DNA of 64,000 nt from the NCBI GenBank assembly GCA_963812375.1, contig CAWEUW010000007.1, forward strand, positions 225,856-289,855. Reading direction: 5' to 3'. The stretch is from an uncultured Acidimicrobiia bacterium. Lineage in GTDB: Bacteria; Actinomycetota; Acidimicrobiia; Spongiisociales; UBA5794. Positions 58,932 to 64,000 of the stretch are shown one piece after another. Position 1 is the first letter of the stretch; each line of letters starts with the position of its first letter. Under the pieces are notes generated by a model, which worked only from the letters and a program-made list of their open reading frames with translations, had not been told where the DNA came from and searched no databases. A program made the position numbers and the translations under genes.

Positions 58932-59759
58932 TCAGGTCGTTGCGCTGGGCAGGCGGCGCAGCCCGTCGACCAGTTCGGCGCCGGCCTCCTCGCCGAGGAC
59001 GTCGAAAGACCGCTGGGCGAAGGCGTTGGTGTCGTCCTCGATCGCCTCGCGCACCCGCCGTCCCCGGGCGGTGGGCCGCGCCGGATCCGCCTCGGCGTAA
59101 CCCCGCTCCACCAACGAGGCCAGCCCGGGCCGATCGGCCTCGACGGTCTCGTCTTGCCACAGCGCGGTGAACACCGGCATCTCCGTTGCGGTCAGGTGCC
59201 GGCCCAGCCAGGCGGCCGCGTGGTCGTGCTGGCGCACGTACCGGAGCGTGATCAGCCGACGAAGCAGCCGGGCGGCGGGGTCCTCGGGCTCGGCGATCTG
59301 GCGATGCGCCACCGCAACGAGGTGGTCGGCAGGAGCGGCCGCGCCGACGCGGGCGGCGTGGTCCGACACCGTCGCCATCAGCTCGGGATGCGGTCCCCAT
59401 ACCGACGACACCACGCTCGCCTGGGCTTCGGCGATGGCGTCCAGCAGCGGCACCATGCGCTCGGTGGCGGCGTAGGTGTCGTCTTCCCGGCGTACGGCCA
59501 GGCCCTTCTCCACCAGGCCGGCGAGATGGCCGGTGACCATCGCCGGGTCGGCGTAGCGCATCCGGAGGGTGGCGATCTGCTCGGTGAGCACTCCTGCCTG
59601 GAGGAACGGTGCCACGTTGGTGGGCAGAGGAGCCACCCCGTCGAGCCCGAGCTCGGCGGCGATGCCACGAAGCCGCTCTCCATGCAGCTGCCCGACGCCG
59701 GCATTCGCCGAGAGCACCAGTCGGTCGATTTCGGGGGCGGCGAACCGGGCCGTGCTCAT
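58932..59759 (-). CDS. hypothetical protein
   Basis: MSTARFAAPEIDRLVLSANAGVGQLHGERLRGIAAELGLDGVAPLPTNVAPFLQAGVLTEQIATLRMRYADPAMVTGHLAGLVEKGLAVRREDDTYAATERMVPLLDAI... uninterrupted 275 aa. No domain recognised. Confidence 0.4.
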   Translation of the reverse strand: MSTARFAAPEIDRLVLSANAGVGQLHGERLRGIAAELGLDGVAPLPTNVAPFLQAGVLTEQIATLRMRYADPAMVTGHLAGLVEKGLAVRREDDTYAATERMVPLLDAIAEAQASVVSSVWGPHPELMATVSDHAARVGAAAPADHLVAVAHRQIAEPEDPAARLLRRLITLRYVRQHDHAAAWLGRHLTATEMPVFTALWQDETVEADRPGLASLVERGYAEADPARPTARGRRVREAIEDDTNAFAQRSFDVLGEEAGAELVDGLRRLPSATT

Positions 59760-59846
59760 GTCCCCGGACGATACCCGCCTCCACTCAGCCTGAGGTTCTG
59801 GCATACCGGAGCGGTATGCGTGAACCTCAGGTTCGGAACCCTCTCG

Positions 59847-60676
59847 TCAGTATCTCGTGGAGAGCGTGGCGGCGTACTCGGCGAGCAGGTCGGCGCCATC
59901 GGCGACCACCGGCTCGCCATGGCCGAACAGGATCGTCTCGAATGGATAGCCGGCCAGCTTGAGCACGCTCTGCCGAGCCTGGGCGTCGTCGGCGGTGAAC
60001 TCGGGGTTGGAGCCGGAGACGGTGGCACCGTCGTCGCCGCCGGACAGGGCGTCACCGACCACGAGGACACCGGTGTCGGGGTCGAGCACCGAGATCGACC
60101 CGGCGGTGTGACCCGGGGTCTCGATGACGGTGAGCCCCATGACCTCCGACCCGTCGCCCACCGCCATCAGGTCACGGGGGGCGTCGATCGAGCCGATGTC
60201 CGCCTCGCCGGCGTAGAGGGTGGCGGCCGAGGCGAGCTCGGCGGCGGCACCGAGGCCTCCCGACGTGGTCCGAGTGGTGGTGGGTCAGGATGATGTGGTC
60301 GACCTCGGCCCACCCCAGCCCGGCTTCGGCGAGCGCCGTCTCGATCGCCGCCTGACCTCCGTCCACACCGGTGTCGACGATCGCCGCCCGACCGCTCCGG
60401 TTCGAGGATGTACGCCGAGACGAACACGAAGGACGCCCTCGTCCAGGTGAGGGGCCCGGCGGCCGCATCGGTCTCGCCGGCGGTGGTCGAGGTGGCGGAA
60501 CCGGCCGCGTCAGGTCCCCCGGTGGTCGAGGTGACCCGGAGCGTCGACCCGGGCTCGACCGCCGGGTCGCCACAAGCGGCGACGCCGAGCACGCCGACCG
60601 CCAGGGCGCCGCTCCCCACGGTCCAGATGAACCGCCGGCGCTCGATCACCCGGCTCTGGTGACGCATCGGAGCCAT
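59847..60676 (-). CDS. MBL-fold metallo-hydrolase with Tat/lipoprotein-type signal; two frameshifts (~60290, ~60400)
   Basis: MAPMRHQSRVIERRRFIWTVGSGALAVGVLGVAACG (RRxF twin-arginine + lipobox) | ...RAAIVDTGVDGGQAAIETALAEAGLGWAEVDHIILTHHHSDHVG | ...MAVGDGSEVMGLTVIETPGHTAGSISVLDPDTGVLVVGDAL...FGHGEPV.... Confidence 0.6.
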
Positions 60677-60721
60677 CGCCGCAGGAGTACGAAGGAGGCT
60701 TCCCCCCGGTTCGCCACGTTC

Positions 60722-61095
60722 AGTCGTCCTCGGAGAGGGGCGCCAGCACGCAGAACTCGTTGCCTTCGGGGTCGGCCATCACCACCCAGCTCACCTCACC
60801 CTGGCCGATGTCGACCCTGGAGGCACCGAGCGCCTCGAGTCGGCGCCACCTCGGCGACCTGGTCGTCGGGCCGCAGGTCGAGATGGACCCGGTTCTTCAC
60901 CGTCTTCGCATCGGGCACCCTGAGGAACAGCAGGTCAGGCGACACCCCGTCCTCGGGACTGCCTTCCGGCGGCTCCAGGACGACCTCGTCATCGTCCTCG
61001 AAGGTGATCCGCCACCCCAGGGCCTCCGCCCACCACGCCCCGAGCGTTGACGGATCGGCGCAATCCACCGCCCAGTTCTGCATCCGCAACGACAT
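60722..61095 (-). CDS. VOC/glyoxalase family protein; frameshift ~60830
   Basis: MSLRMQNWAVDCADPSTLGAWWAEALGWRITFEDDDEVVLEPPEGSPEDGVSPDLLFLRVPDAKTVKNRVHLDLRPDDQVAEV then (shift) ERLEALGASRVDIGQGEVSWVVMADPEGNEFCVLAPLSEDD*. Confidence 0.55.
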
Positions 61096-61201
61096 GGGGG
61101 CAGTCTATTGCGACGCACCGGGGGGACACCCCCCTACACTCGAAGGGCGGCGATGCCACCGGGCTGAGGCTTCGCCGCCGAACGAGCGGGGAGTATCGCG
61201 G

Positions 61202-62908
61202 ATGTCCGAAACACCCCCTCCGCCTCGTTCCGTCATCGTGGTAGCGGTCCGCGACGAACAGCGCGCCGACCAGGTGGCGACCGAGCTGCGGAGACGGTAT
61301 GACGCCGACTACGAGGTGCGCGTGGCGAACACCGCGGGCGCGGCTGCCGCCGTCGTCGACGAGGTGTGCGCCGCAGGCGGGACCGTCGCCCTGTTGCTGG
61401 CCGACGACGCGTCACCGCTCGAGTCGGACGTCAGCGTGTTCGTCCACGCCCGCCGGGTATTCCCCGACGTGCGGCGCGGGCTGCTGGTCGAGTGGGGGGC
61501 GTGGGCCGACCCGGTCGAGTCGCAGACCGTGCTCGGGCTGATGGCGGAGGGCCACATCGACTACTACGTGCTCCGCCCCTGGCGCACCCCCGACGAGTAC
61601 TTCCACCGGACCGTCACCGAGTTCCTGCTGGAGTGGGACCGCGCCTACGACCAGCGGGCGCGCGAGGTGACCATCATCGCCGACCCGTCATGGTCGAGGG
61701 CCCATGACCTGCGCAGCCTGCTGGGCCGTGCCGGGGTTCCCCACGCCTTCCGCGACATGCGTTCGCCCGAGGCGAGCCAGCTGCTCGACGCGCTCGGGGA
61801 GCCACCGCCCGAGGCGCCTCTCCTCGTGCTGCACGACGGCCGGGTGCTGCGCGACCCCAGCAACGTCGAAGCCACCCAGGCCTACGGGCTGCCCACCGAG
61901 CTGCCCGAGGTCGACGAGGCCGACGTCGTGGTGATCGGCGCCGGGCCCGGTGGGCTCGCCGCCGCCGTCTACGGTGCCTCCGAGGGGTCTGACCACCGTC
62001 GCCGTGGAACGCGACGCCATCGGAGGCCAGGCCGGCTCGAGCTCGCTGATCCGCAACTACCTCGGGTTTGCCCGGGGCATCGGCGGGGCAGAGCTGACCC
62101 AACGGGCCTACCAGCAGGCCTGGGTGTTCGGCACCCAGTTCTCACTCACCAGGGAGGCGGTTGGCTTGCGGCAGGAGAACGAGCGGCTGGTGGTGTCGTT
62201 GGCGCCCGACGGCGAGCTCCGCACCAAGGCCGTGGTCCTCGCCACCGGGGTGTCGTACCGGCGCCTCGGCGTCCCCGAGCTGGAAGCGAGCGGCGGGGTC
62301 TTCTACGGCGCGTCCAACTTCGAGGCGAAACAGCTCGAGGGCCGGGTGGCGCACGTCGTCGGCGGCGGCAACTCGGCGGGGCAGGCGGCGCTCCACCTGG
62401 CTCGCTTCGCCAAGGCGGTCAGCCTCCTGGTCCGCGGCCAGGCGCTGGCCGAGAGCATGTCCGCCTACCTCATCGAGCAGCTCGAGGCCGCCGGGGTCGA
62501 GGTCCGGCTCAACGCCGAGGTGATCGGGGGCGGAGGCACCGACGGCCTCGACCACATCGTGGTGCGGGACCGCAAGGAGGGCACCGACACCACCATCCCC
62601 ACCGACGCCCTCTTCGTGCTCATCGGCGCATTGCCGCAGACCGGATGGTTGCCTCCCGAGGTACGGCGCGACCAGTGGGGGTACGTGGTCACCGGCGACG
62701 ACCTGCTCCAGGACGAGGGTGCGCCCAGATGGCCGCTGGAGCGGGACCGCACTTCCAGTTCGAGACGTCGCTGCCCGGGGTCTTCGCCATCGGCGACGTG
62801 CGACGGAAGTCGGTCAAGCGGGTCGCCTCGGCGGTCGGCGAAGGATCGGTCGTCATCTCCAGCGTCCACAACCACCTGGCACACCTCGAGGGCCGCCTAC
62901 CGACATGA
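61202..62908 (+). CDS. fusion of an N-terminal receiver(CheY)-like domain with a thioredoxin-reductase-like FAD/NAD(P) pyridine-nucleotide-disulfide oxidoreductase; frameshifts ~61985 and ~62745
   Basis: ggggag SD + ATG. MSETPPPPRSVIVVAVRDEQRADQVATELRRRYDADYEVRVANTAGAAAAVVDEVCAAGGTVALLLADD... then ...EADVVVIGAGPGGLAAAVYGASEGL | TTVAVERDAIGGQAGSSSLIRNYLGF...GGGNSAGQAALHLARFAKAVSLLVRG... | PHFQFETSLPGVFAIGDVRRKSVKRVASAVGEGSVVISSVHNHL.... The position of the TrxR CATC redox motif reads FYGAS (no cysteines). The stop overlaps the next ATG (ATGA). Confidence 0.7.
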   Translation: MSETPPPPRSVIVVAVRDEQRADQVATELRRRYDADYEVRVANTAGAAAAVVDEVCAAGGTVALLLADDASPLESDVSVFVHARRVFPDVRRGLLVEWGAWADPVESQTVLGLMAEGHIDYYVLRPWRTPDEYFHRTVTEFLLEWDRAYDQRAREVTIIADPSWSRAHDLRSLLGRAGVPHAFRDMRSPEASQLLDALGEPPPEAPLLVLHDGRVLRDPSNVEATQAYGLPTELPEVDEADVVVIGAGPGGLAAAVYGASEGSDHRRRGTRRHRRPGRLELADPQLPRVCPGHRRGRADPTGLPAGLGVRHPVLTHQGGGWLAAGERAAGGVVGARRRAPHQGRGPRHRGVVPAPRRPRAGSERRGLLRRVQLRGETARGPGGARRRRRQLGGAGGAPPGSLRQGGQPPGPRPGAGREHVRLPHRAARGRRGRGPAQRRGDRGRRHRRPRPHRGAGPQGGHRHHHPHRRPLRAHRRIAADRMVASRGTARPVGVRGHRRRPAPGRGCAQMAAGAGPHFQFETSLPGVFAIGDVRRKSVKRVASAVGEGSVVISSVHNHLAHLEGRLPT

Positions 62909-64000
62909 CCGGTCAGGCCGCCGGCCCCGACCAGCCCCTGGAGGGGATGGGGGGGACCGGCCCGACCCCGGCGTCTCCGGACCGCCGGCGGCTGGTGACC
63001 GCAGCGGTCCTCTTACTGATCCCGATCTTGGGGCTCGCCCTGCTCATCGCCCGCCCCGAGCTCGACAAGGAGTGGCGTCACCAGCCGGCGCACTTCTGGT
63101 TGGTGCTGACCGCCGCCGCCATCAACGTCGCCCTCGCCTACGGCACGGGAGCCGCCGCCCGCCGCAGAGGCGACGCCCGGGTGTTCCTGGTCTCCCTGGC
63201 TTTCCTCGCCGCCGCCGGGTTCCTCGCCCTCCATGCGCTGGTCACCCCGGGAGTGTTGCTCGCCGCGCCGAACGCCGGCTTCATCATCGCCACCCCCATC
63301 GGGTTGGCGGTGGCATCGGTGTTCGCCGCCGCTTCCAGCGCCGATCTCGGTGAGCAGCGGGCGCAGGCGTTGATGCGCCACTCCGGGCTCATCCAGTGGT
63401 CGTTGATCGCGGTGATGGCCGCCTGGGCGGTCGCCTCGCTGGCGCACTTGAGGCCGCTCGACGATGCCACCGTCGCCGAACGTGCCTCGGGGGCGATGGC
63501 GGTGATGGCGGTCGCCGCCGTGATCCTGTATCTGGTGGCGGTGGTGCGCTACCTCCGGGTCGCTCGACAGGGGACCTCGTCGCTGCCGCTGTCTTTTGCG
63601 GCGGCATTCACGCTCCTGGCCGAGGCGATGGTCGCCGTCACCCTTGGTCGCGGACTGGCACGTCTCCTGGTGGGAGTGGCACCTCCTGATGCTCGCCGCC
63701 TTCGTGGTGGTGGCGGTGTCGGCGCAGCGGTCGTGGCGCGAGGAGCGCTGGGTGGGGTTGTACCTGCCCGACACCGCCTCCGCACAGCGGGAGTCAGCGT
63801 GGTGTTCGCCGACCTCCAGGGGTTCACCGCCTTCTCCGAGCGGCACACGCCGCAGCAGGTGAGCGCCATGCTCAACGCCTACTTCAGCGAAGCCATCCCT
63901 CACGTGGTCAAGCGGTTCGGCGGTGAGATCGACCGGTTGGTAGGGCGACGCCATGATGGTGACCTTCAACACCCGCGGCGACCAACCCGACCATGCCCAG
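62905..64000 (+). CDS. membrane-anchored class III adenylate cyclase (3' end outside window); frameshifts ~63640, ~63790, ~63945
   Basis: MTGQAAGPDQPLEG...RRRLVTAAVLLLIPILGLALLIARPELDKEWRHQPAHFWLVLTAAAINVALAYG... (6 hydrophobic helices) then ...GVSVVFADLQGFTAFSERHTPQQVSAMLNAYFSEAIPHVVKRFGGEIDRLVGDAMMVTFNTRGDQPDHAQ in shifted frames. Confidence 0.65.
   Translation, partial: MTGQAAGPDQPLEGMGGTGPTPASPDRRRLVTAAVLLLIPILGLALLIARPELDKEWRHQPAHFWLVLTAAAINVALAYGTGAAARRRGDARVFLVSLAFLAAAGFLALHALVTPGVLLAAPNAGFIIATPIGLAVASVFAAASSADLGEQRAQALMRHSGLIQWSLIAVMAAWAVASLAHLRPLDDATVAERASGAMAVMAVAAVILYLVAVVRYLRVARQGTSSLPLSFAAAFTLLAEAMVAVTLGRGLARLLVGVAPPDARRLRGGGGVGAAVVARGALGGVVPARHRLRTAGVSVVFADLQGFTAFSERHTPQQVSAMLNAYFSEAIPHVVKRFGGEIDRLVGRRHDGDLQHPRRPTRPCP

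Noticed and set aside
60371-61201. First 277 codons of the 845-aa + ORF
   Set aside because: Antisense to the MBL hydrolase and VOC genes. The real gene starts at ATG 61202 with an SD.

Overview
This 64 kb window has about 70% GC and looks like chromosomal DNA from an Actinomycetota genome. Adenylate cyclases, F420/LLM enzymes, mycothiol-dependent MDMPI, SARP, MmpL/TetR, and a rhaEW-type rhamnose locus point to a Mycobacterium/Streptomyces/Frankia-like organism. Gene content in order: metF 3' end, DUF885 peptidase, lipoprotein, LldD-like dehydrogenase, then a complete L-rhamnose utilisation locus (ABC transporter rhaT-rhaP-rhaQ-rhaS, bifunctional rhaD/ADH, rhaI, rhaB, DeoR rhaR, rhaM). Next come an OmpR/HK two-component pair, a CoA-transferase A/B pair, an FAD oxidase, a PEP-mutase/ICL-family enzyme, a giant secreted subtilase with RTX-type Ca-binding repeats, a VOC protein followed in the same reading frame by an ECF sigma factor (no stop between them), and several detox-type enzymes (VOC, MDMPI, LLM, flavin reductase, nitroreductase). 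A tRNA-Arg(ACG) is followed by a 6.2 kb segment that ends in a 42 bp copy of the tRNA 3' end; this segment carries a very large AC-AAA(STAND)-TPR protein gene (~1.35k aa if the two ORFs are joined). After that come a TetR-MmpL pair with tandem operator repeats, a SARP regulator with a perfect AT-rich palindrome, ChrA, USP, a TfoX-N protein, and a TrxR-like/receiver fusion translationally coupled to a membrane adenylate cyclase. There are five class III adenylate cyclases in total. The most striking global property is a very high, non-uniform density of 1-bp frameshifts, many at G/C homopolymers. They break almost every gene in some stretches, with the rhamnose locus worst (at least 6 in rhaS). 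Meanwhile 1-3.5 kb genes elsewhere (subtilase, MmpL, AKR, AC) stay intact. This indicates either real regional pseudogenisation or locally poor consensus quality. Coordinates of frameshifted genes are approximate. The long antisense ORFs in the six-frame track are GC-rich frame artefacts.
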